Positions 1 to 10,026 of a stretch of 27,894 nt of DNA are shown in pieces. The stretch is taken from positions 1-27,894 of the forward strand of contig NW_021834077.1 of NCBI RefSeq assembly GCF_006345805.1. Direction: 5' to 3'. The first letter of the stretch is position 1; each line of letters begins with the position of its first letter. This stretch comes from Octopus sinensis (Eukaryota). The notes under the pieces were generated by a model that was given only the letters and a program-made list of their open reading frames with translations, was not told the origin of the DNA and ran no database searches. Made by a program: the position numbers and the translations under genes.

Positions 1-127
1 TGAACGGTTATATCCCACGATGACTGACTTTGCCATCTGCATTTCATGCATCTAGAAGGCGATAAAGTTTTTATCATCTCCAGTGGCATGAAATGTAAAA
101 TCATCCGTATCTCCTGCTCTTATATAA

Positions 128-527
128 TCTTTTCTACTTTAGGCACAAGGTCCGAAATTTTTGGGGAAGGGGGCCAGTCGATTAGATCAACCCCAGTACG
201 CAACTGGTACTTAATTTATCGACCCCGAAATGGTAAAAGGCAAAGTCGACCTCGGCGAAATTTGAACTCAGAACGTAAAGACAGACGAAATGCCTATTTC
301 TTTACTACCCACAAGGGGCTAAACACAGAGAGGACAAATATGGACAGACAAACGGATTAAGTCGATTATATCGACCCCAGTGCGTAACTGGTACTTATTT
401 AATCGACCCCGAAAGGATGAAAGGCAAAGTCGACCTCGGCGGAATTTGAACCCAGAACGTAACGGCAGATGAAATATCGCTGAGCATTTCGCCCGGCGTG
501 CTAACGACTCTGCCAGCTCGCCGCCTT
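128..527 (-). mobile_element. tRNA-derived SINE, dimeric form (family A)
   Basis: The reverse complement begins AAGGCGGCGAGCTGGCAGAGTCGTTAG (A-box-like) ... GGTTCAAATTCC (B-box-like). The body GAGGTCGACTTTGCCTTTCATCCTTTCGGGGTCGAT..AAGTACCAG occurs twice, separated by a ~70-nt spacer. The tail is GGCCTTGTGCC-like. The same sequence recurs many times in the window. Confidence 0.9.
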
Positions 528-650
528 CCTCCTCTTATATAATATTTGACCTTGTGGCAACTACGAAAATCATTAATAATATTACTGTTATTGAAAATTA
601 CTGGTAGCAGAGAAATTTTGTTTATTTATTTATTTAAGGTTAAAACTTAT

Positions 651-700
651 CACGACTCACGTTTCACGACTCACGTTTCACGACTCACGTTTCACGACTT
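651..700. repeat. 14-bp minisatellite (CACGACTCACGTTT) x~3.6
   Basis: Read directly from the sequence. Confidence 0.9.
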
Positions 701-819
701 ACATTTAAAAATACCAATAAAGAACTAGGGTAAGGTGAGGGACGAATTAATTCGATTGTACCTGCTCTAAAATAAGTGGATTGTATATCAATGCAAATAA
801 ATGTAATAGTAATCATTAC

Positions 820-1335
820 CACCTCCTCCTCCTCCACTTCCCATTCTTCTTCTTCTTCTCGTCTTCTTCTTCTTCTTCTTCTTCTTCTTCTTCTTCTTCT
901 TCTTCTTCTTCTTCTTCGTCTTCTTCTTCTCTTCCTCTTCGTCTTCTTCTTCTTCCTCTTCTTCTTCTTCGTCTTCTTCTTCTTCTTCTTCGTCTTCTTC
1001 CTCTTCTTCTTCTCTTTTCTTCTTCGTCTTCTTCTCTTCTTCTTCCTCCTCCTCGTCTCTTCCTCTTCTTCTTCTCTTCTTCTTCTTTTTTTCTTTCCTC
1101 TTCCTCTTCTTCTTCCTCTTCCTCTTCTTCTTCTTCTTCCTTCTTCCTCTTCGTCTTCTTCTTCTTCTTCTTCTTCCTTTCGTCTTCTTCTTCTCTTCTT
1201 CTTATTCTTCCTTTTCCTTTCTTCTTCTTCTTCTTATTATTTCTTCTTTCTTCTTCTTCTTTCTCTTCTCTTCTTCTTCTTCTTCTTCTTCTTCTTCTTC
1301 TTCTCTTCTTCTTCTTCTTCTTCTTCTTCTTCTTG
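820..1335. repeat. ~515-bp degenerate (CTT)n polypyrimidine/polypurine tract in an intron
   Basis: Almost pure C/T on +. It generates the poly-L/S/F ORFs 776..1375 and 781..1383 and the poly-R/E/K ORF 1202..1399. Confidence 0.97.
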
Positions 1336-1441
1336 TCCTTGCATTTTCTTTGGAGTCGTCATTTGTCACCATTAACGTTATAATATCACTTGTTGTCACC
1401 TGACCTGAAACCGTTTCCCCCTCTCTTCTTTTTCATGTCAG

Positions 1442-1711
1442 TCCAGGGAGCAGTACTCACTCACTTACCCAGCTACGCTTTGTCCCTTGGCATAAACAGC
1501 GTCGATGTCGCCATGATCGTCTCAGTGCTGGGTATTATGGTGTCGGTCGGTCAAATGAGTGTCGGTTTGATCATAGATTTCCTACCCGTCCCCATCATCT
1601 ACGCCTACAGCTTCGCCATGGTTCTGACTTGTGCTGTTGTGGCCGTCATACCTCTCGTTCACTCTGTTTACATACTTGCCTTCTGTGCTGGAGTGTTTGG
1701 TTTCTTCATTG
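1442..1711 (+). CDS. Internal exon of an SLC16/monocarboxylate-transporter-like MFS protein (approx. TM7-TM10); upstream exons lie outside the window
   Basis: Encodes xQGAVLTHLPSYALSLGINSVDVAMIVSVLGIMVSVGQMSVGLIIDFL...AFCAGVFGFFI. There is a branch-like CTGAC at 1400-1404, a pyrimidine tract with CAG acceptor ending at 1441, and a G|GTAAGT donor at 1711/1712. The exon is 270 nt, phase 1-1. An alternative acceptor at 1446/1447 cannot be excluded. Confidence 0.85.
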
Positions 1712-2029
1712 GTAAGTAAAACATTATTTTTGCAATTACGCATGTCAAGTAACCCGCATTTACACACACGAACACACATACACACTGTCACATACGTGTA
1801 CATACACTCACACATGTCCACATACACGCATACTTGCTTTCACAACATGTATACTTGGTAAATTGATTCATATATTTATGATTACGCTACGCGCTTCATG
1901 CTACCAACATCTCACACTCTCATCACTCTGGATCATTCAAGAGCACACTGCGGCCCGCGAAACTTTTTGAATAGCACGCCAGACAAAATTTTGGCACAAG
2001 GCCAGTAATTTCGGGGCGGGAGGAAGGCT

Positions 2030-2135
2030 AAGTAGTTTTTAACCCTTTTATTTAAATGAGTTTTTACACGGTCCCCTTTTAATGTTTATCCTTATGTACA
2101 TACGTACATACATACATACATACTTACGTACATAC

Positions 2136-2180
<45 letters not shown>

Positions 2181-2185
2181 ATATC

Positions 2186-2227
<42 letters not shown>

Positions 2228-2242
2228 ACACACACACACACA

Positions 2243-2302
<60 letters not shown>

Positions 2303-2367
2303 GACGAAATTTTGAATTTAATTCACGGACCACCACGGGTTCGTGGACTCCGGGTTGGGAACCACTG
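2030..2367. mobile_element. Possible hAT-type MITE remnant containing (TA)n/(CA)n
   Basis: The right end GGTTGGGAACCACTG (reverse complement CAGTGGTTCCCAACC) resembles Charlie/hAT termini. The left end AAGTAGTTTTTAACC matches it at only 10 of 15 positions. No TSD seen. Confidence 0.3.
2092..2302. repeat. Compound microsatellite (CATA)n-(TA)n-(CA)n-(TA)n
   Basis: Read directly from the sequence. Confidence 0.97.
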
Positions 2368-2884
2368 CTTTATACTCAAGCTGCAAAAAACAATAGCCAA
2401 ACTCAGATAATAACCAAATAACGATCAGTCTACACTTATATCACATTCTCTGTCCATGTTACACTGTGTGAAACAAATGTATTACGCAACTTAATTTAGT
2501 CATACTCACCTGGACAGCTTGCTTCATGTCGCTGACCAACTCAACTGTTTATTTCGCCATTTTAGTGCCGACACATCCTCCGATATGCTTCCTATCTTAC
2601 AGACTGTTTGAAGCTTACTTCACAGTGGGCATCGGGTGCAGGGCGCGGGGGTTACATTAAGGAGCTCATGTCTCGTCTTCAAATGTTCGAATAGAAAAGC
2701 CTCGACAGATGTTGCTCTCCAGCTGTTGTAGGATCCAATCAATTTTTTAAAGGTAAAATAAAGAAAACACATCCATGCATACATGCACACAGAAATAGAA
2801 AGAAATACACACATATACAAATTCACTCGCATTTAGAGAGATCAAACGAAACTAAATTGTCTAAGCCAGTTTCAACATTTCGGT

Positions 2885-3305
2885 TATGGCTCTGAAACAT
2901 GGAGAGCCACCTGCAGCAACTACAAGAAGATCCAGATTTTCCTCAACAAATGTCTCCGGCAGATCCTCCAACTGAAGTGGTTCGACAGAGTGCCAAACAC
3001 CAACCTGTGGGAAAGGGCCAACCAGGAGCCCATACATGTTCAGATTAGACGAAAGAAATAGAAATGGATCGGACACACACTGCGGAAAGAACCCTCAAAT
3101 GTGACACGACAAGCACTTGACTGGAACCCGCAAGGGAAAAGGAAGTGAGGACGCCCGAAGCAGACATGGAAGCGGAGCATTTTGGACGAGCTCAGGACCA
3201 CCGGCCTGACTTGGGAAGCAGCCAAGAAACACGCCAATGACCACAAAAAGAGGAAAACAACTGTTGAGGCTCTATGCTCCACAGGGGAAAAAAGGATTAA
3301 AAAGA
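2885..3305 (+). mobile_element. Degenerate 3' end of an RTE-clade LINE (SR2/Perere-3-like C-terminus)
   Basis: Manual translation gives YGSETWRATCSNYKKIQIFLNKCLRQILQLKWFDRVPNTNLWERANQEPIHVQIRRKK*KWIGHTLRKEPSNVTRQALDWNPQGKRK*GRPKQTW...VEALCSTG. These are the RTE C-terminal motifs YGxETW, WxGH and GRPxxTW, with two stops. Confidence 0.9.
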
Positions 3306-4344
3306 AGTTAACAACAACTCCTTACTAACAGTTGTAATCAAGTACATTTAGTAGCATTGAGGAAGAAAACACGAAGTAAGTCCACTTCACTTACGATATT
3401 CCCCTTGTCCACGTGACCTGCTTGTATCTTTACAAAAAAAAAAAGCATTAACGAGCTTGCTCTCTTCAGTAAAATATATTTGTGAAGCAATCGTGGTTAT
3501 AAGTTTCTACTAACTTCACTTTCGATTGCTCGGTCAGAACCATTTTATTTTTGCATCAACTGTGATGTTTTTTGAACAATCATAAGCCTAGATTGTCTCT
3601 TGGACCGAGCTCCTCCCCTGGATCAAAAACATGCTTCGGCTGAGTGCCTGATATTTGGAATTTTGTCAAGCGTTCACAGTCATCCGCAAGTCGGGCAATG
3701 CGGTCGGTGGGAGCACTGCTTTAGCGTTGTATTGGAGAGGAGAACGACGATATTCTCAGGGAAACTTTGGGTATCATTGAGAACGAACTATCATAGTTCG
3801 TATGCTCTGGGATATTTTCGGTGTAGGGCTATGGACAACTTCCAGAAATCCTTGGCCTTGCAGTGGTACTAAGAGTTGGAGTATTGCAGATTCAGGACAA
3901 ACTCTATGGGCGTATAAATGCCGTCAGCCAAGCTTGTTTGAATTTCGCATTGATCACAAAACCGTTTTGCTTGCACTTATCAGAGTATGTATAGGTGCCT
4001 GTGTACTTGCTTTTAGTGTCCTTGATAATCATAATTATGCTGAGTCTGTGGGTGCCCGGATTGCCCCTGGGCGGCTCTGCTCTCCACTGGAGATTTCTCT
4101 TGCAGTTTCTATCTTATTGCTATTGTTTTATCAGTCAATCAACAACAACAGCAACTGCAGCAGCAGCAACAAGAACAACAACATTAATGATAATAAGTTT
4201 ATAATGCATAGTATTTTTTGGCGACCCCTGAGGATAAAAGGTACAAAGTTGAAAGATGAAAGCCAAATCAGAAAGACAATTTAGTCCTATATTTTGCTGT
4301 GTCTGACTTTTTATATTCTTGTTCATTTGCCAGGAATTTGTGAG

Positions 4345-4400
4345 CCAACGAGGAAACCTCACGTAGTCGCTAGACATGCTAGAAATAGTAGCTAAATACC
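4345..4400 (+). repeat. Interspersed repeat family B (core CTAGAAATAGCAGCCAAATCTCCCTCAAATCACAC)
   Basis: Diverged copies lie at ~13965-14035 (+), ~17228-17292 (+), ~20935-20995 (+), ~21250-21300 (-) and ~21640-21712 (-). Class undetermined. Confidence 0.65.
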
Positions 4401-5282
4401 AATTCTATCACATTTTACCGAATTAAAAATAGAATATGATACATTGAATGGTTATGGTCGGAAAGATTTTGATCATAGGTTTACTCAGAGCTGACCTTAG
4501 CATCAAAAACCACAACATCATTATGGAATTTAGGAATTTTACTGTAATAGTCTATTTCCTATGCTGGATTCGTCCTATGGTGTAGTTTTCCCTTTCGTTA
4601 GTGTAGCAAGTTAAGTGTGATAAATATTTAATAAAATACTAGAATTTGAGGTATTTAAAGGTCTTCAACATCCGATCAGCTTCTGTCATTCATTGAACTA
4701 AGTTTACTTTCTGTGGAAGTAGTAGCAATCCGATTGCATTTTATTCATCGTTTACTTTGTATGTATGTCGTAGTGAGAGGAGAAAGAATAATATGCATGA
4801 CTCTTGTAGAGCCTCTGAGGCTGGCTTGAAAGGAATGCAGCTCATAAAAATATCAAGCTCTCCTCATGTCGGCCAAGCGCTTTGCAACAAGAAAGTGACC
4901 AAGGACCAGATGGGGATGTTAAACCGAGCAACATATCAAATTAATCTCCAAAGATTAGGTCGAAACTTGTTTGGGATATTTTGTGACTTTTAGATGTCTA
5001 ATTGGAAAATAAATTTCATATGATTGTTTTTTGAGATAGAAAGTTCATGTGATCTTTTAAAAACATCTATAAAAAACAAATTATACTGTGTAACACAATT
5101 TTTGTCCTTGAGTAGGAACTGTTATTTCCTATTTGCTTACCCCTAGAAAGCATGAAAAGTGTCAAATATTACCTTCAAACTATGCTTTTCTCAAACTTGT
5201 CTCTACTTGAACGGCTAGAAGTAAACTGAATGGTTGAGCTTACGATCCATGTATTTTTACTGCCATCTTTGTTGACAGAATG

Positions 5283-5355
5283 TTCTAGAAATTCTTGAAA
5301 CTTTTAGAAACTTCTCAGAAGTTTTTGAAACTTCTAGAAAGTTCTAGAAAATTCT
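5283..5355. promoter_or_regulatory. Array of heat-shock-element (nGAAn) pentamers in an intron
   Basis: 5326-5355 reads tGAAacTTCtaGAAagTTCtaGAAaaTTCt, six perfect alternating pentamers. A second array at 5291-5315 has five units with one mismatch. The motif is certain; function is untested. Confidence 0.55.
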
Positions 5356-5902
5356 GCTTCAGCAACTCTGCATTGAATATGTCTGAAATATAATGAAAAA
5401 TAGGTAATTTTTAAAACATTGATGTTCTGATCACAAAAGCAAAGTTGAAGGGAATGGTAGTCATTTGCTTTGATTTCTAGAGAGAAGCAAATAGGAAATA
5501 ACACTTAATGACCAAAGACAAAAAGAATAAAAAAAGCTACATAGTACAATTTTTGTTCATACTATTAAAGTACCTTGGTTTTCTGAATTCAATCAGAAAA
5601 AAAATAATGTTTAGAAAAGAGGAAGCTTATAATTTCTTTCAAAAATCGACGTTTATGCATGTATTTTCCTTGCAGTAATGTTGCCTTCTATATATTCCAG
5701 ATCCGGTTTTGGGATTTCATATGATCATATTATTATAAATTTACTCATTTTTCTATATTTTAGAACGCTCGTTATGTTATACATATCAACATGTTTAATC
5801 CCCTGCCATTGGAACATTTATCATTAACTCTTACTATTACACCTTTTGTTTTTCACAAAATTATAAACATGCATAATAAACGATGAAATCCTTTTCTCCT
5901 AG

Positions 5903-6028
5903 GTTGGATTATTTCCCTGAGGACAATACTACTCGCAGACTTGGTTGGAGTCGCAAACCTCACACATGTATTTGGTGTCGTAGCTTTCTTCCAAGGAACA
6001 GGCTTCATTGTTTCTCCTCCACTTGCAG
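5903..6028 (+). CDS. Internal exon of the SLC16-like gene (approx. end of TM10 to TM11)
   Basis: Acceptor CTTTTCTCCTAG| ends at 5902 and donor G|GTACGT is at 6028/6029. The exon is 126 nt, phase 1-1. It splices in frame to give FGFFIG-WIISLRTILLADLVGVANLTHVFGVVAFFQGTGFIVSPPLAG, matching the SLC16 DLVG...GPPLxG pattern. Confidence 0.92.
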
Positions 6029-6407
6029 GTACGTTAGGTATCAGCGATACAATATTCGGCTTTTCTATTAAATTGGTTCTATTAGGAGAAGAGATTAACT
6101 TCATTTCAGTATCCATCACACATTTTTCTTCTTTTTCTCTTTGACATTCAGTACTGCTCTTTCTCTTTCTTCTGGAAAAAAAATAAGCAGGACAACAGCA
6201 CTTGTGTCATTATTCATGGTCTCCAAGAGTAACGGGAGGAAGGGACGACGGGACGAAGGTATCCTTATAGCGGAAACTTGGCCTGAATACTGATAGTTGT
6301 TTCTGGTAGAGTCAGCGTGTGGTGGGAATAAACCGGGCGATGGATTCAGTATGCCACTCAAGAACAGGTACACCTGCACTTACACTCAAACACAGACACA
6401 ACATCAA

Positions 6408-6450
6408 TATGTATGTGTGTGTGTGTGCGTGTGCACGTGTGTGTGCTTAA

Positions 6451-6545
<95 letters not shown>

Positions 6546-6612
6546 TGTATGTACATATGTGTGTGTATATACATACATACATACATATATATATATAGAT
6601 ATGTATAATGTA

Positions 6613-6658
<46 letters not shown>

Positions 6659-6770
6659 ATGTGTGTGTGTGTGTTGTATATATGTACATGTATGTATGTA
6701 TGTATGTATGTATGTATGTAGTATGTATGTATGTATGTATGTATGTGTGTGTGTGTGTGTGTATATATTG
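6408..6770. repeat. Compound microsatellite (TG)n-(TA)n-(TATG)n
   Basis: Read directly from the sequence; source of several IYIY/CVCV ORFs. Confidence 0.97.
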
Positions 6771-6910
6771 TAGAAATGGAAATAGAATGTCTTTGGTACA
6801 GTATTACATATTTGAAAAATTGATTAGGAATGGCTTTTCTTTCTAATTATTTTTTTTCGCTTTACTAATTAGATGTTTATAAATTAAACATCTATTCATT
6901 GAATTCAAGT

Positions 6911-7200
6911 ATTGGCACAAGGACATCATGTTCGAGGGAGTCGATTATATTGACCTGGTATTTATTTTATCGACCTTGAAAGGATGAAAGGCAAAATCGT
7001 TAGCATCCCGGACAAAATGCCTAGCGGTATTTCGTCCGTATTTATGTTCTGAATAAAAAATTCCGCCGAGGTTGACTTTGCCTTTCATCCTTTCGGGGTC
7101 GATAAATTAAGTACCAGTTGAGTACTGAGGTTGATGTAATCGACTTACCGCTCCCCCAAGTTTCAGGCCTTGTGCCTATAGTAGAAAGTATTATTATTGT
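6911..7200. mobile_element. Two family-A SINE fragments in inverted orientation (approx. 6911-6997 -, 6998-7200 +)
   Basis: The minus copy contains ATCGACCTTGAAAGGATGAAAGGCAAA. The plus copy contains TTTGCCTTTCATCCTTTCGGGGTCGAT and the GGCCTTGTGCC tail. Confidence 0.85.
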
Positions 7201-7435
7201 TATGTGTATGTGTGTGTATATCTCTTAACATTGACATATTTTTGATTTTCATCCACCATCTATGCACAAGCGCGCATGCGTGTGTGTGAGCACGTCAGAA
7301 TGCACGTATTTGAAAGTTTCGAATTTGTGTAGTCATTTTTGGTTAATACAGAAGTTATCATCACCGTCGCCATCGTTACTGTTGCTATTGTTTCCCGTCT
7401 TTGTACTAATATATTTATTATTTCTCTTTTTCAAG

Positions 7436-7587
7436 GTTTACTCTATGACTACACCCAGTCGTACATGGCGTTGTTCATGCTGTGTACGGCATCATACGGA
7501 CTTGCAGCGATTTTCACGCTTATTTTATGCTATTTCTATCGCAAACAAGATTCACAGAATAGCATTAAATCTTATCCGGTGAATTAA
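7436..7587 (+). CDS. Terminal coding exon of the SLC16-like gene (TM12 and C-tail)
   Basis: Acceptor TTTCTCTTTTTCAAG| ends at 7435. The frame is compatible with the preceding phase-1 donor and gives G-LLYDYTQSYMALFMLCTASYGLAAIFTLILCYFYRKQDSQNSIKSYPVN*, matching SLC16 GxLxDxTxSY. Stop TAA at 7585-7587. Confidence 0.92.
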
Positions 7588-7714
7588 CATTCAAAAAGAA
7601 AGTAAAAAGTGAGTAATTGACAAGGAAAAGGTGAGAGACTGCTTTGTGCAAAGGAAGCAAATTACATTGTTGTTGTTTTTTTATAATATAATTCCGATAT
7701 ATTCCTCATTTTCA

Positions 7715-7720
7715 AATAAA
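7715..7720 (+). promoter_or_regulatory. Candidate polyadenylation signal AATAAA
   Basis: First AATAAA seen after the stop codon, ~130 nt downstream. The hexamer is common in AT-rich DNA. Confidence 0.35.
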
Positions 7721-7984
7721 ATGATTGAAAGTCATTTGGGGGAAAAAACAGAATCTCATACTCAATATCTAACAGCGATTACCTTCAACCTTCTATGTTC
7801 TGGGTTTCAAATCTCATACAGGGTTGAAAAAGGTTTTCCTCCATCCAGGCTCTAAGTACCAGAGATGCATCTGTATAAAAAGGGGATATGGTTTACGACT
7901 TTGTGTCAATGTGAGAAATAATTATTGAAGGGAAAAGAGCATCGAACTAAGTTCCTCTCATTGCTTAGTTTCGAGCTTCTAATT

Positions 7985-9720
7985 TCCGAGTTTAAAACCT
8001 TCCAGGGTCAACTTTGACTTTCATCTTTGCTGGGACAATAAGATAAGTATCAACCAAGTTAATGAGTCTAATCGGCTAATCCTTCCCACAAAATTTGTGT
8101 CCTTGTACCTATTTTTGAAATCATTATTATTATTACTCCAAAGATGGCGAGCCGACAGAATCGTTTGCAAACCGGGAAAATGTTTAGCGGCATTTCGTCC
8201 GTCTTTACGTTCAGATTCCGCCGAAGTCGACTTTGCCTTCCATCCTTTCAAGATCTATAAAAGAAGTACCAGTTGAACACAGGGGTTGATGTACTCGATT
8301 TAACCCCTCCCCCAGAATTGCTGGCCTTGTGCCAAAATTCAAAACTATTATTCTTATTATTACTCGAGTGCTTGCGGTGTTTGTTTCGGCATGTTTCAAA
8401 TCCCGCAGAAGTTAACTTTGACATTTACCCTCCGGGAGTGAATAAAATAAAGTACAACCCAAATACCTGGATCCATATAATCAACTGATCCCTGGCCCCG
8501 AATTTCTGATCTTGTGTTTATATATATATATATATATATATATAAAGATTATTGTTGTTAAAGCGTGGCAAGCTGGCAGAATCGTTAGAGCGTTGAAAAA
8601 ATATTTTGGTTATTTCTCTGATTCTTTATCGATGGGGTCAGCTTTGACTTTCATCCTTCTGGGTCAATATAATAAAGTACCAGTTAAGTATTTTGGTCGA
8701 TGGTATCGACTAAACACTCCTTTCAAAACTGCTGGCCTTGTGCCAAAATTTGAAGCTATTATTATTATTATTATTATTATTATTTCACTGAGGTCGACTT
8801 TGCCTTTCATTCTACCGGGGTCAAAAAAATAAGTACCAGCTGAACACTGAGGTCGATGTAATTGACTTATCCCCCACCTCGAAATTGTTGGCCTTGTGCC
8901 AAAAATTGAAATCATCATCATCATCATTATTATTGTTATTGTTGTTGTTGTTGCTGCTGCTGTTGTTGTTATGATGGCGTTGTTTTTAAATCTCACCGGC
9001 GTTGACTTGGCCTTTTATCCTTCTAGTGGCGATAAGCGGCATGGTTCCTGTGGCATAGTTCCCGTACTTCAGTTAACTATGTAATCCTCCTTCTGAATTT
9101 GTGGGCTTGATCTAAAATTTGAAAACATTATCATTGCTGTCGAGGGTGATTTGACAAACTCATTATGTTTTGCGATATTTTCACGGCTCTTTGCGCTTTG
9201 CCTTTTATCCTTTCGGGCCCACTAAAACAAGTAGCAGTTGAATACTGCAGTCAATGTAATAGGCTTATCCTTTTCTTAAAATTGCAGACCTTGAGCCAAA
9301 ATTTGAAAACATTATCATTGCTGTCGAGGGTGATTTGACAAACTCATTATGTTTTGCGATATTTTCACGGCTCTTTGCGCTTTAAGTTTAAATTCAATCA
9401 AAATCGACTTTGCCTTTTATCCTTTCGGGCCCACTAAAACAAGTAGCAGTTGAATACTGCAGTCAACGTAATAGGCTTATCCCTTTTCTTAAAATTGCAG
9501 ACCTTGAGCCAAAATTTGAAAACATTGCTATCATTGCTGTCGAGGGGGATTTGTCACAAATCATCAGAGCGCCGGGAAAACTGCTTTGCTCTTTATGTTC
9601 TGAGTTCAACTCTACTTTTCATACTTCAGTGGTCGATACAAAATAAAGTAGCGACAAAGCAGCGAGATCGATATAATCAGATAACTCCTCTTCACCAAAT
9701 CCGTAACCTCACACCGATTA
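7985..9720 (+). mobile_element. Head-to-tail stack of ~8-9 family-A SINE copies and fragments
   Basis: Repeated GTCGACTTTGCC(T)TTCATCC..AAGTACCAG bodies, each ending GGCCTTGTGCCAAAATTTGAA-like plus an (ATT)n-type tail, all on +. The best-preserved heads are at ~8143 and ~8558. Confidence 0.85.
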
Positions 9721-9784
9721 AATATCGTTACTGTTGTTGTAATCTAATGTGAAACCTCTTCAAAATATATCATGTACGTGATTC

Positions 9785-9823
9785 TCTGAGACAGTCTGAG
9801 ACAGTCTGAGACAGTCTGAGACA
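9785..9823. repeat. 10-bp tandem repeat (TCTGAGACAG) x~4
   Basis: Read directly from the sequence. Confidence 0.9.
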
Positions 9824-10026
9824 AATCTGTTTCTATTATACGTATATGATACACCATTGAAGACAATTTTACAGTAATTACGATAAAATGAGATCTCATA
9901 TGATAAAAACCGATTAAAATTTTCTTTCATGTTTGACTGCATAAAGAAAGTTCGTTTAAGCTAATTTCGATCGACTTTGCATGCTCCATTTCCTTTGCTT
10001 CAATTCAAAGTCTCTAATATCCATCA

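Noticed and set aside
776-1399. ~200-aa poly-Leu/Ser/Phe ORFs and the antisense poly-Arg/Glu ORF
   Set aside because: They are translations of the (CTT)n tract.
1390-1441. ORF-track start MLSPDLKPFPPLFFFMS as a protein N-terminus
   Set aside because: This is the intron's branch point and polypyrimidine tract. The protein here corresponds to TM7 onward, so upstream exons lie outside the window.
5853-6119. Antisense ORF over the second exon
   Set aside because: It is a shadow of the SLC16 exon with no independent motifs.
6297-6846. IYIY/CVCV/HTHT ORFs here and at 2048-2410, 10301-10612 and 14037-14397
   Set aside because: Microsatellite translations.
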